From a virus, in the IMG/VR virus record IMGVR_UViG_3300032083_003901, positions 1-64,000 of that record: 64,000 bases of DNA; one strand, 5' to 3'. The position numbers and the translations under genes were made by a program. Of this stretch, positions 49,723 to 59,065 are shown one piece after another. Position 1 is the first letter of the stretch. Each line of letters opens with the position of its first letter. The notes beneath the pieces are model-generated. The model saw nothing but the letters and a program-made list of their open reading frames with translations, was not told the origin of the DNA and did no database searches.

Positions 49723-50342
49723 AATTCTTTGATGAACTCGACAATATTATTACCATTGCAATCAATGAAGTGATGGATGATGAGCGCCAGCGTCAGCAGC
49801 GTCAATCTAAAGCAATTGATAAGCTTAATCTACGAGCTGGAGATGGCAATATTGAAGAGGTTGAGGAAGCCGAAGAAGAAGAAAAGGACGACGAAGAGCC
49901 CAAGAAACTGAAAGGAAAACCTAGCAAAGAAAAGCCTGAAGATCAGCCAGAAGAAGCAGATCAGGACGAAGATGCAGAAACTCCCGGAACTGCGACTTCC
50001 AAAAAGCTAAAAGATGTTTCGAAAAAACAAATCAAAGCTCCAAGTTTTAAGTCCATTGCAAATAACATCAACCTACTGCGCGGCGGAAAGTCAATCAAAG
50101 ACCCAGAGGTGAGAAAAAACCTGCAAGACTATGTTGACAAACTATCAGTTGAAGAGCGCCGCCAAGTCCTTGTTTACCTAAATAGCTTGGCTCAAGTTAT
50201 GGCAGGAGTCAAATCTGGAGAAGCAGCTTCCGATCCTGATCAAGCAGAAAGAGAAGTCAAGGCAAAGCCGCAAGCTGAACCTAAAAAAGCAAAAGCAAAA
50301 TCTGCTCCTAAGTCTCGAGTTATTGTTGTTGGTGAAGAATGA
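49719..50342 (+). CDS. Hypothetical protein, probably late
   Basis: ATGA overlap; INE motif followed by charged low-complexity region. Confidence 0.7.
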   Translation: MKFFDELDNIITIAINEVMDDERQRQQRQSKAIDKLNLRAGDGNIEEVEEAEEEEKDDEEPKKLKGKPSKEKPEDQPEEADQDEDAETPGTATSKKLKDVSKKQIKAPSFKSIANNINLLRGGKSIKDPEVRKNLQDYVDKLSVEERRQVLVYLNSLAQVMAGVKSGEAASDPDQAEREVKAKPQAEPKKAKAKSAPKSRVIVVGEE

Positions 50343-50692
50343 TAGATTCTGCGCCGTGTAACATTGATCTGATCATGCTGGTTGAAGCAAGCAAGCGTGG
50401 TCAGCACTTGACAATGACCGGAGATTTCGTGAACTGTAACAGTTACGAATGCGCAGAAGATCTAAGAAATAGAATTCATGATGCAGTGCATACTCGTGAC
50501 CTTTCTAGCACTAGGTCTGATGAACGCACCTATTACAACGGAGTCCTCAGGGTTCTTAGGCGCCGATTGAGAGAAGTAGAAAAAGAGCTAAGAAAAAAAG
50601 AAGAGAATTTGAACGAATCCAAGAGCCAAAGAAAAAGGCTGACTGGCATGTCAAATTCCTCTCGGATGCTCAAGATGGCTGGCAAATTCTAG
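50339..50692 (+). CDS. Hypothetical protein with C-terminal RMLKMAG motif
   Basis: ATGA overlap; LNE...RMLKMAGKF end. Confidence 0.7.
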   Translation: MIDSAPCNIDLIMLVEASKRGQHLTMTGDFVNCNSYECAEDLRNRIHDAVHTRDLSSTRSDERTYYNGVLRVLRRRLREVEKELRKKEENLNESKSQRKRLTGMSNSSRMLKMAGKF

Positions 50693-50701
50693 GAGAACAA
50701 A

Positions 50702-52012
50702 GTGAAAAACAAAAAGATTGAACAGCAAATTCGCTACCTAGAAAGCAAGAGAAAGTTCGAAAAGCTCCTGCGTGAAAACAAGGCTTTACACGAATGGGAT
50801 GACCCTTACGGTCCGGATTCGGGGCTGTTTTCTGCAATTGGCAAAGCCTTCGGTGACATCTTCAAGAGCCTGAAACTAACTGCCATGGACATATCGAACG
50901 AGTTCAGGTGGCTCGGCCAGCAGTTTCTGTACAGAAAGAACCCGGAAAAGTTGGAAAAAGCCAGATCCGACTACAAACGAAAGTACGACAAGCTGCTCAA
51001 AGAGTGGGAGCCAATCGTCAAAGACAGCATGGATGCCATTAAAAACGCAGATCCTTTCATGACAATCGCTTTGGCACCTAACCTCTTTCTGGCGACGAAA
51101 GGCATTCAGGCCGGTGTCGCAGCTGGCAAAAATGCCGCAGAGATTATTGCCGCTGAGGACTGGGAGTCGATCCGAGCAAAGATGAACAAGTTCCAGACAG
51201 GCACACCAGAAAATCCGCAAGCCGGAACAGAGTTAGGTATGGGTGCCCTTTACGATGAAATGCGCAAACAGGGAAATTTGCTCATGAGGTTGACTAATCT
51301 GTTTTCAGGCACATCGGCATCCAAAGCTCCAGCTGCCAAGGGATCCAAAGGAACCAAAAACGAGTCTCGCTTACTGGAACAAGCCGATGACAGAATTACA
51401 GATCCGAATGAATGGCTAGATACTTTCTTCAAGTTGACAGGCATCGATCAAGAATTTGATGCAGCAGCTTCAGAAATGTTGGCAGACAAAATTGTCCTGA
51501 TGCAAGAAATAATACCAACCATTGAAGCATCCAACGCCGTAATCAAGCTAGTCTCGACTGCAAACTTAGAAGAATTTGCAAAGATAACACAGGAAATCGC
51601 TAGAGATTCAGCGCTTTCATCTGATGCTATCGGAGGCATGAAAAGCGTCATGGCAGATATCCAGGAGCAGAGTCGAAAACTGGCCTCATCGGAAGAGTTC
51701 AGAAATCAGCTCGCGAATGTTGAAAACAAAGCAATTGAGCAGATGACAGACGATGAAGTAATGAAGGCTGCGTCAGCCATAGTTTTCAAACAGGCAAAGA
51801 CCAAGTTTGACCAGCAATACATCTCAGATCTGAAAGCTTTTGATGACATTATCCAGGGTTCTAGAAAAGATCTTGAGACCGATAATCAGACCCTTTCTTT
51901 GGTAAAGAAGAGAAAAGATTTGCCAGAATCTTCTGAGTTTTTGAAAGTTTACGATCAATACGACAAGCTGTATAAAGAGTTCAAGAATTTGAAACAACGC
52001 TTGCGCGTATAG
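50702..52012 (+). CDS. Hypothetical helical protein, probably virion-associated
   Basis: AGGAG RBS; LLRE/LHE/LLE motifs. Confidence 0.75.
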   Translation: MKNKKIEQQIRYLESKRKFEKLLRENKALHEWDDPYGPDSGLFSAIGKAFGDIFKSLKLTAMDISNEFRWLGQQFLYRKNPEKLEKARSDYKRKYDKLLKEWEPIVKDSMDAIKNADPFMTIALAPNLFLATKGIQAGVAAGKNAAEIIAAEDWESIRAKMNKFQTGTPENPQAGTELGMGALYDEMRKQGNLLMRLTNLFSGTSASKAPAAKGSKGTKNESRLLEQADDRITDPNEWLDTFFKLTGIDQEFDAAASEMLADKIVLMQEIIPTIEASNAVIKLVSTANLEEFAKITQEIARDSALSSDAIGGMKSVMADIQEQSRKLASSEEFRNQLANVENKAIEQMTDDEVMKAASAIVFKQAKTKFDQQYISDLKAFDDIIQGSRKDLETDNQTLSLVKKRKDLPESSEFLKVYDQYDKLYKEFKNLKQRLRV

Positions 52013-52019
52013 AGGTCGT

Positions 52020-52364
52020 ATGAAAAACAACTGGGTTCCTGAGATTTATTACGAAGAGGCCGATGAAAACGGCCTAACCAGCCACATTCCTTTCATTGCT
52101 GTCCCAGATGAAGAAGAAATGCCAAAATTTCTTTTCGTCTTTGAGTCTCGTGAAACTGGAGAGTTCGAGCCTGGTCCGGACGGTGAAGATCTGCCAGTGA
52201 CACAAATGGATCTTCATCAGTATGCTGACATGTCAGTTCTTAAAGAAGGATTAGATCCTCAAAGTTTCGATCAAGTAAGAGCAGTTTTGGGCTTGCAGCC
52301 ACTATCAGAAGCTGCAGCAGCTGGCAGCCGCATTACCGAAAGAGTTCGGGCCTCACTTTCGTAG
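52020..52364 (+). CDS. Hypothetical protein
   Basis: GAGG RBS, 114 aa. Confidence 0.7.
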   Translation: MKNNWVPEIYYEEADENGLTSHIPFIAVPDEEEMPKFLFVFESRETGEFEPGPDGEDLPVTQMDLHQYADMSVLKEGLDPQSFDQVRAVLGLQPLSEAAAAGSRITERVRASLS

Positions 52365-52368
52365 TTTT

Positions 52369-52397
52369 GTGTAAAGAAATCTAATACGTGTTATAAT
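52369..52397 (+). promoter_or_regulatory. GTGTAA-N17-TATAAT promoter with extended -10
   Basis: gtgtaa agaaatctaatacgtgt tataat. Confidence 0.75.
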
Positions 52398-52425
52398 GAT
52401 CTCATAGTTCTGCTAGGAGGTCTCT

Positions 52426-53091
52426 ATGAGCTACATTTCTCGTAACGCTGTCCATTCTGCTTTGGCAAGTATGAAGCAATTCCATCAGGATTTGCAAACG
52501 CTGCATAGAAATTATGGACTGTGCATGCTTGATAATACCGGGCGACGAAACATTCTTATGTCGTCCGCACAAGAAGAGTTCTTTGCTCAAGAGCTATCAA
52601 AATCTTACACCGGTGTCAGCAACAATGGCAAAACCGGCGAGCCTGACATTCTCATTGGCGAGCTCGATAAAGAGCTCGAGTGCAAAATTACAACGCCTAC
52701 CCCTACAGGCGGAATAAACCTACAAACAGATTATGCCACTTTGGCCAAAAAAGGTGAACTTGATTACCTTTACGTTGTGGCTGACAGGGAATTTGAAAAA
52801 TTCGTTGTGCTTCACTATATTGGTCTTACGAAAGATGACTTTGCAGTACCAAGCGAGTCATCTAGGGGTAAGGCTAAATTGACTAAACATATTGCTGAAT
52901 CAAAGTGTAAAGTCTTGTGGGGTAACGTGCGTAGCAAGAATGAAATTGAGCTAGCCAAACTTCAAAAGAAACTGTCGGAATGCAGTGATCGTGCTGTTAA
53001 AGGCAAACAGAAAATCATGCGTTCAATTGATTACTGGCAGAAACAACCAACTAACTTTGTTTATGATTTCGAGGAATTGAATCGTGTATAA
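52426..53091 (+). CDS. PD-(D/E)xK restriction-endonuclease-fold protein
   Basis: QEEFF helix then GEPDILI......LECK. AGGAGG RBS. Confidence 0.6.
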   Translation: MSYISRNAVHSALASMKQFHQDLQTLHRNYGLCMLDNTGRRNILMSSAQEEFFAQELSKSYTGVSNNGKTGEPDILIGELDKELECKITTPTPTGGINLQTDYATLAKKGELDYLYVVADREFEKFVVLHYIGLTKDDFAVPSESSRGKAKLTKHIAESKCKVLWGNVRSKNEIELAKLQKKLSECSDRAVKGKQKIMRSIDYWQKQPTNFVYDFEELNRV

Positions 53092-53581
53092 GATCGGACA
53101 AGTCCTTTACATCATCTCTAGCAGCACAAAAGCGATTGAGCCTGTTCAGGTTCATTCTAAGCAGACGCTAGAATCATGGGAAGGAACAACAGTTCAGCAC
53201 ATGTGTTCCACTGTGGATGAAAAAATAATATCTCTAGAAGACCATGGCAAAAAAGGCTTAATAGCTGGGTCATTCGAGACGGTCGAAGAAGCCCAAGCAC
53301 ATTTGCTAAAATTGGCTGCCAATATGGTTGCCAGCTTAGCTGTAAAAGCTAGGGAGCAAGCTCGAGCTTTTGAGAAGCCAGTTAGCGAGGATCAAGAGCT
53401 TCCAGTGCCAGAAGAAGAGCCAGAGCAGAATAAAGAGCCGGCAGAGCAAAGTTTTCCAGAGCCTGCTCCTGAGCAACCTCCTGTCTCTCAATCGCGCCCA
53501 AGGACTCCTCGCGGTGTGCAGATGATAACTTTGCCTGATGGAACTCGTGCTCGAGTTCATCTACCAGCGGATATGCAATGA
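53084..53581 (+). CDS. Hypothetical protein
   Basis: YKIGQVLY N-terminus, P/E-rich linker, C-terminal ITLPDGTRARV. Confidence 0.7.
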   Translation: MYKIGQVLYIISSSTKAIEPVQVHSKQTLESWEGTTVQHMCSTVDEKIISLEDHGKKGLIAGSFETVEEAQAHLLKLAANMVASLAVKAREQARAFEKPVSEDQELPVPEEEPEQNKEPAEQSFPEPAPEQPPVSQSRPRTPRGVQMITLPDGTRARVHLPADMQ

Positions 53582-54396
53582 AAAATGTACTAATCATTGA
53601 CACGATGAACTTGATGCACCGAGCCCGATACGGTTTTGGTGATGGTCCGCATAAAGTATTCTTTAATTTCTTTCGAATGCTCAAAGGAGAATTGAAGAAC
53701 CACGATCCGAATCTCGTGTACATCGTTGATGAAGGCCACGCGTCAATTTCGAAAGAATTGTCAGCTGATTATAAGGCCAATCGTCAAAAGACAGATGATC
53801 CAGAATTTTGGCGAGAAAAGTCTGAAATCTTGCACACAATTATCAATCAGTCTGGATTTGTTTATATTCGGCACCCAGAGCGCGAGTGCGATGATGTCAT
53901 TGGTCATTTAGCAACTGTTGCTCATAAAGATGATATCGTGACAATCGTTTCGACAGATAGCGATTTTATTCAGCTGATTTCTGACAGAGTTAGACTTTGG
54001 CATCCAAAGAAAAAGAAGTATCTCGATCCTTGGCATTGCGACTACTTGACGTGGAAAGCTCTAAAGGGCGATCCAACTGACAATGTCTCTGGAGTTTCCG
54101 GTATCGGTGCCAAGCGAGCAGACGCTTTGACGCAGAATCCAGATGAGCTACTAAAATTTTTGAATGAAGGTGAAAAATCTGCTGAACGACGACAACAATT
54201 CAAGACATCTTACGAATTGATCAAACTAAAAAGTGTTCCCTTAGAGGGTTTACAGGTAGCTCAATCCGATTTTATTGAAAATCAGATGTTTGAAGAGTTT
54301 CAAAAACGCAACTGTAAGTCTATAATTGGAAAGGCTTGGCCAAAGTGGATTGAAGCTTTCAATAAGGCTGGAGGAAAAAGTGATTTTAAATACTAA
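53578..54396 (+). CDS. Second 5'-3' exonuclease / FEN-family nuclease
   Basis: LIIDTMN, DYKANR, ECDDVI, STDSDFIQL, GDPTDNVSGVSGIG. Confidence 0.9.
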   Translation: MKNVLIIDTMNLMHRARYGFGDGPHKVFFNFFRMLKGELKNHDPNLVYIVDEGHASISKELSADYKANRQKTDDPEFWREKSEILHTIINQSGFVYIRHPERECDDVIGHLATVAHKDDIVTIVSTDSDFIQLISDRVRLWHPKKKKYLDPWHCDYLTWKALKGDPTDNVSGVSGIGAKRADALTQNPDELLKFLNEGEKSAERRQQFKTSYELIKLKSVPLEGLQVAQSDFIENQMFEEFQKRNCKSIIGKAWPKWIEAFNKAGGKSDFKY

Positions 54397-54580
54397 GCAA
54401 ATGCTACAAGCAGATCAGATTTCGCAACTAAGACAACAGGGCGTCATCAATGAAAGAGAATACGCTTACATTGCTGGTGATCTTCTAGTAGCAGAAAATG
54501 TAACCACGTCTGAAAGGAGAGTTATCGGCAACGCTCGAGAAGTCCTTACAGAAGGTACAAGGCAGGTGCTACGAGGATGA
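54380..54580 (+). CDS. Small hypothetical protein upstream of chaperonin
   Basis: GGAGG RBS; ATGA overlap with groEL. Confidence 0.6.
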   Translation: MILNTKQMLQADQISQLRQQGVINEREYAYIAGDLLVAENVTTSERRVIGNAREVLTEGTRQVLRG

Positions 54581-56196
54581 GCACAACCATGGAGTTCGGG
54601 TCGGAAGCTCGAGCAAAATTGATAGCTGGTGTAGACAAGCTGGCCGCTGCGGTAAAAGTGACTCTTGGCCCAATGGGCAAAACAGTTGCGATTAGTCGTG
54701 ATGGCGAAGTTCCACATTTGACTAAGGACGGTGTCACAGTTGCCAGCGCTGTATTTTTGAGCGATCAATATGAGAATATTGGCGCCTCTTTGGTTCGTGA
54801 GGCAGCTCAGAGATCTGCAGCTGTTGCTGGTGATGGCACTACTACATCAACAGTCTTGGCGCATGAGATTATCAAGAATGGTGAAAAGGTAATCTCTGCC
54901 GGCCATAATGTTGTTGATGTTATTGCCGGCATGCGAGATGCTGCCGAGAAAGTAGTCAATGTTCTAAATAAAACACGCGTTGAAATCGATTCTGATACGC
55001 TAGTTGATGTTGCTACCATTTCAGCCAACGGAGACAGGGAACTCGGAGAAATAATCAGCAATGCAATTAACCGAGTTGGTCCGGATGGTGCAGTCTCAGT
55101 TCAGGATGCCAAAGGATACGATACAACTCTAACAGTTGTAGACGGAACTTATATCGATCGTGGATATGAGTCGCCTTATTTCGTTACTGACACTGCAAAG
55201 CAAGTAGCAGAACTCGAGTCTCCGGAAGTGCTCATCATCAACGACGAACTGTCTGCTGTTGCTCCTTTGGTTCCAGTTTTGGAGCATATTGCAGCTACCG
55301 GCGGAAGCCTTTTGATTGTATGCAATGCTGTAGGCGGCGAAGCTCTCCAAGCCCTTGTTTTGAACAGAGTGAAAGCAGGACTTAAGGTTTGCGTCATTAG
55401 GTCACCTGAGTTTGCAGGAGCACGAGTCACTGCGTTGCAAGACCTAGCTTGCCTTGTTGGTGCGCAAGTTGTTACCAATGCGCGAGAACCTCTGAAGCGC
55501 GAAGAATTAGAAAACATCTTGGGCAAAGTGAAAAAAGCAACTGTCACAAACAAGACAACTTTGCTTTTTGGCACCAAACAAACCGAAGATGCAAAAGAAA
55601 GGCTGCAATCGGCACGCGATGTTTTGGATGATCCAGCGGCATCGGTTGATGATAAGAAAATTGCTGAAAGGCGCATGAAAAGGCTGAGCGACGGCATTGC
55701 TGTCATTCAAGTCGGAGGCGCTACAGAAGGCGAGATGATTGAGCGCCGAGACCGTGTTGATGATGCATTGCACGCCGCCAGAGCGGCCCTGAAGGAAGGT
55801 GTTCAGCCTGGAGGTGGTGTAGCATTAGCCAGAGCAAAGAAAGCCATTAGGCGCAATTTTCTAGGCAAAAAGTATGAAACCTACGGCGTCGGTGCATTAG
55901 CATTCTTAGACGCCCTAGATGCTCCACTCAGGCAAATCGCTGAGAATTGTGGAGTTTCACCAGACCTTGTTGTTCAAAAGATCAATAGAATTTCTACTGA
56001 TCACGGCTATGATGGCAAGAACGACAAGTACGGAAACATGTTTGAATTGGGAATCCTCGATCCGCACGCAGTCGTGGTTTCTGCAGTAGAACATAGTTTG
56101 TCAGTTTCGTGTAATTTGTTGTCCATTGGGTGTATAATAGCAGAGGAAGACGGCAATAGTGCCGGTTCTGATGTTGCCTATTTCGATGATGTCTAA
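54577..56196 (+). CDS. groEL: Phage GroEL-like chaperonin
   Basis: VKVTLGPMG, TKDGVTVA, AGDGTTT, ATISANGD, DRGYESPYF, GGATE..ERRDRVDDAL, GILDP. Confidence 0.95.
   Translation: MSTTMEFGSEARAKLIAGVDKLAAAVKVTLGPMGKTVAISRDGEVPHLTKDGVTVASAVFLSDQYENIGASLVREAAQRSAAVAGDGTTTSTVLAHEIIKNGEKVISAGHNVVDVIAGMRDAAEKVVNVLNKTRVEIDSDTLVDVATISANGDRELGEIISNAINRVGPDGAVSVQDAKGYDTTLTVVDGTYIDRGYESPYFVTDTAKQVAELESPEVLIINDELSAVAPLVPVLEHIAATGGSLLIVCNAVGGEALQALVLNRVKAGLKVCVIRSPEFAGARVTALQDLACLVGAQVVTNAREPLKREELENILGKVKKATVTNKTTLLFGTKQTEDAKERLQSARDVLDDPAASVDDKKIAERRMKRLSDGIAVIQVGGATEGEMIERRDRVDDALHAARAALKEGVQPGGGVALARAKKAIRRNFLGKKYETYGVGALAFLDALDAPLRQIAENCGVSPDLVVQKINRISTDHGYDGKNDKYGNMFELGILDPHAVVVSAVEHSLSVSCNLLSIGCIIAEEDGNSAGSDVAYFDDV
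56109..56138 (+). promoter_or_regulatory. GTGTAA-N18-TATAAT promoter inside groEL 3' end, upstream of the sigma operon
   Basis: Matches the recurring motif. Confidence 0.55.
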
Positions 56197-56209
56197 GGAG
56201 AATATAAAG

Positions 56210-56401
56210 ATGGCATACACTGTACCTAAGTTTGGTTACGAAGAGATTGTGGCAATGACTGATGATGAGCTTTTTGATAACGTAAAGCGACTCAAGCGAA
56301 TCATCACAAAACGCAAAAAAGCAAACCAGCCTACAGAGGAAGCTGAAGTTGAGATTTGCTATTTGCAGGCGGAGGCTCAGAATCGAGGACACAGAGTATA
56401 A
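56210..56401 (+). CDS. Hypothetical protein
   Basis: AAGGAG RBS, 63 aa. Confidence 0.7.
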   Translation: MAYTVPKFGYEEIVAMTDDELFDNVKRLKRIITKRKKANQPTEEAEVEICYLQAEAQNRGHRV

Positions 56402-56441
56402 CTTATTTTTTGTGCAACGCTGAGCTCAATTAGGAGACAAT

Positions 56442-57149
56442 ATGAAAGCAATGAATTCAATTTTTGATGTAGCCGGCAAAACACCGCTACTAACTGCAGA
56501 AGAAGAAGTAGCACTTTCGAAGCGCATTGAGGCAGGAGATTCTGCCGCAAGAGACAAGATGATTCAAGCGAATCTTCGGTTGGCGCTCAGCGTTGTCAAG
56601 AAATACTCCAAGAGAGGCGTAGACTTAGAAGACCTTTTTCAAGAATCAGTGATTGGTCTTGCACATGCAGTCGATCGTTTTGATTGGAAGAAAGGTTTTA
56701 AGTTTTCCACTTATGCTTACTGGTGGATCCAGCAGTCAGTGCGCCAGTACTTGGCATCCAATACCGGTCCAATCAATCTACCATCTAACACTTTTTCTAA
56801 GCTCTACAAGATTTCTGAGTTTGAAAAAGAGTATCAAAAAGAGTTTGGTAAAAAGCCGTCTGATGCAGAAGTTGCCGACATGTTCGGAACCACTTCAGCA
56901 ACTCTTCGTTCTCTGAAGCAGTCGGCGGCTCGAACTCTTTCGCTCGATGCTCCGGCTTATCGGTCGGAAGATTCAGGATCTCGAGCAACGTTGGCCGATG
57001 TCATTCCTAGCAATGCAATGTCCGTCGAAGAGAGCATCGATAATCAGCGTTTGCAGGCTAAGATCAATGAAGTCCTATCTTCTCTCACTGAGAGGGAGAA
57101 GACAATCATCAAGATGCGTTTTGGAATTGAAGACCAGGAGGATAAATAA
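56442..57149 (+). CDS. Sigma70-family RNA polymerase sigma factor lacking region 4.2
   Basis: PLLTAEEEVAL (1.2), MIQANLRLA, DLFQE..IGL..AVDRFD..KGFKFSTYAYWWI (2), region 3, ends at LTEREK.IIKMRFG (4.1). Confidence 0.92.
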   Translation: MKAMNSIFDVAGKTPLLTAEEEVALSKRIEAGDSAARDKMIQANLRLALSVVKKYSKRGVDLEDLFQESVIGLAHAVDRFDWKKGFKFSTYAYWWIQQSVRQYLASNTGPINLPSNTFSKLYKISEFEKEYQKEFGKKPSDAEVADMFGTTSATLRSLKQSAARTLSLDAPAYRSEDSGSRATLADVIPSNAMSVEESIDNQRLQAKINEVLSSLTEREKTIIKMRFGIEDQEDK

Positions 57150-57150
57150 T

Positions 57151-57432
57151 ATGGCAATGCCCAAAGGAAAAAAGTTTGACAATGGCTACTGTTCCATTTC
57201 CGATATTCCTAATGCAAAAAACTATCGTCAGATCTCTGTCGAATGTAAGCACCGTGGAATGAAGATTGGACCTTCGAACGTTCGTAACGTTCTTTTGTCT
57301 GCAATGCACAAGATTGCTAAGCCTATCTGTGAAGAAAGGGGCATGAGTTTAAAAGAAGAAGACGTGATGAGAATTGCAAAGAATCCGCAATTCCAGTTGA
57401 GCGTTGCTTCGCTAATCAAGGAGATTGACTAA
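57151..57432 (+). CDS. Small HTH-like protein resembling sigma region 4.2
   Basis: NYRQIS....GMKIGPSNVRNVLLSAMHKI. Own AGGAGG RBS; starts 1 nt after sigma stop. Confidence 0.55.
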   Translation: MAMPKGKKFDNGYCSISDIPNAKNYRQISVECKHRGMKIGPSNVRNVLLSAMHKIAKPICEERGMSLKEEDVMRIAKNPQFQLSVASLIKEID

Positions 57433-57800
57433 TGGCAACATGGGATTTTATTTCAAAACGCCGACGAATTCGTTTGGCAAATTTTGTTGAGGGTGCAAAT
57501 ACCCTAGAAGAGGCACTGGCTATTTTTCATCGAAAAAAAGTGAGTCCTCCAACTGACGGTACACTTGAGGCTCTTTTTGAGACAGCAGTTGCTGAAGAAC
57601 GGCTGGAGGAGCTCGAAGAGCAGCCAACAGTAGAACTGGTGCAAGATGAAACTGTAGAATCTGAAGATGTACCAGAGCTAACTGCTAAGAAGCAAACTGG
57701 ATTTTCTAATTCCAAAAAGGGAAATAGCAAAAAGAAGAAAAAGTATGCTTCTAAAAAGACGAGCACTACAAATGAATCTGAATCAGAGAACGACGTCTGA
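57432..57800 (+). CDS. Hypothetical protein
   Basis: TAATG overlap, AAGGAG RBS. Confidence 0.65.
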   Translation: MATWDFISKRRRIRLANFVEGANTLEEALAIFHRKKVSPPTDGTLEALFETAVAEERLEELEEQPTVELVQDETVESEDVPELTAKKQTGFSNSKKGNSKKKKKYASKKTSTTNESESENDV

Positions 57801-57984
57801 AACTGGTTCGCTTGTCATTTTGAGGCAGGGCATTTACAACTCTGGAATTGTAGGTGGAAAGCGAATTAGGATTCGAGAAAAAACCCCGGGACTGGTTACC
57901 GATCGCTTTGGCGAGCAAGTGTTGGTCTCAATTAACGAAGGATGCACTGTTTTAGTGCACGTAAATGCCTGTGAAGAAGTTTAG
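57772..57984 (+). CDS. Small hypothetical beta-rich protein
   Basis: Fills operon gap; start uncertain. Confidence 0.4.
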   Translation: MNLNQRTTSETGSLVILRQGIYNSGIVGGKRIRIREKTPGLVTDRFGEQVLVSINEGCTVLVHVNACEEV

Positions 57985-58147
57985 CAAAATTTTAGAAATT
58001 GTGTGCGCTGCAGCAATTGCTTTGAACACTGTTATGATTTTGCATAATATTATCTACGAGAATCACTCAGCAGCAGTGATTAATTTTTTTAGTGGTATTT
58101 TACTAATTTTCGCTTATGAAAATAGGAGAAACAAGAATGACAAATAA
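57965..58147 (+). CDS. Small membrane protein (two hydrophobic segments)
   Basis: Two hydrophobic stretches and a basic C-terminus. Confidence 0.5.
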   Translation: MPVKKFSKILEIVCAAAIALNTVMILHNIIYENHSAAVINFFSGILLIFAYENRRNKNDK

Positions 58148-58382
58148 CGACGTTAAAGAACTTTTTGAGCGATACATGAACATTGAGGGCGAGATCAAGA
58201 TGCTTCAAGAAGATAAGAAGCAAGTGCTTTCTGAGTTCAAGGATCGCGTTGAGCCGAAGGTTTTTAAAGCCGCTCTTTCTGCCGTTCGAACAAAGTCGAA
58301 GCTCAAGGCTCATGAGGCCAATGAGTACGATCAAGTTTTTATGTTGCTGGAGAGCGAAATTTGTATTGACCATATTTCTTAG
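58137..58382 (+). CDS. GapR/DUF2312 or T4 DsbA-like small DNA-binding protein
   Basis: VKELFERYMNIEGEIKMLQEDKKQVLSEFK....KVFKAAL pattern. AGGAG RBS. Confidence 0.6.
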   Translation: MTNNDVKELFERYMNIEGEIKMLQEDKKQVLSEFKDRVEPKVFKAALSAVRTKSKLKAHEANEYDQVFMLLESEICIDHIS

Positions 58383-58386
58383 CGGC

Positions 58387-58416
58387 GTGTAATTTTGTGG
58401 TCAGCTGTGGTATAAT
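58387..58416 (+). promoter_or_regulatory. GTGTAA-N18-TATAAT promoter with extended -10
   Basis: gtgtaa ttttgtggtcagctgtgg tataat. Confidence 0.7.
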
Positions 58417-58433
58417 AACTTTCGGAGGTAAAC

Positions 58434-59063
58434 ATGTACTGTCAACATTGCGATTCTGAAATAACTACAGCTGACCACGGGATCGGTAAAATCAACGAAT
58501 GTCGCGACTGCGCTCAGGATGTAGAGCGCTATGTCGGACACATGATCTGGGATCACAAGACTGCGCCAGTCATAGAGATTCATGCCGGCAAAGATTCCCT
58601 CAATGCTCTCAAGGATGGCCGATATAATCGAGGCCTCAAACTAGTTCGTGAAGTTAAAGAACGTTCCCGCCGACGAGAAGGCGACTGTGATGGCACCAGT
58701 GTTTCACTCAAGCCGTTTCGTCGTAAGACAATGTCTCTCAGCAAGCCCAAGACTGCTAACAGGGCAAGTTACACTAAAGTCGAAATGAGAAGCGGCAAAG
58801 GCAGAACGTTTACATCGTTTCCAGTCAAACTAGTAGAAGCAGCTAGATCCAGCAATTTTGAGCCTAGCACCATGTCTGAAGAAAGACTTATGGTCTTACT
58901 TGGTTGTGCAAAACTGCCTGCTCGAGCCTTGCAGTCCTCTAGGATCAATGTTTGGCGAGATGAAAAAGGTTTTTATGTTCAACATAAAGAAAAACCTACC
59001 GACTCTGGCTTAGATCAAGAAACTTTGAGATCTTTGAGCTATCGAGCAGCAAATTACCGTTGA
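58434..59063 (+). CDS. Hypothetical protein with N-terminal CxxC...CxxC zinc finger
   Basis: CQHC and CRDC; GGAGG RBS. Confidence 0.7.
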   Translation: MYCQHCDSEITTADHGIGKINECRDCAQDVERYVGHMIWDHKTAPVIEIHAGKDSLNALKDGRYNRGLKLVREVKERSRRREGDCDGTSVSLKPFRRKTMSLSKPKTANRASYTKVEMRSGKGRTFTSFPVKLVEAARSSNFEPSTMSEERLMVLLGCAKLPARALQSSRINVWRDEKGFYVQHKEKPTDSGLDQETLRSLSYRAANYR

Positions 59064-59065
59064 AT

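Noticed and set aside
54380-54580. GroES
   Set aside because: Too short and lacks the PLxDRV and mobile-loop GGI motifs.
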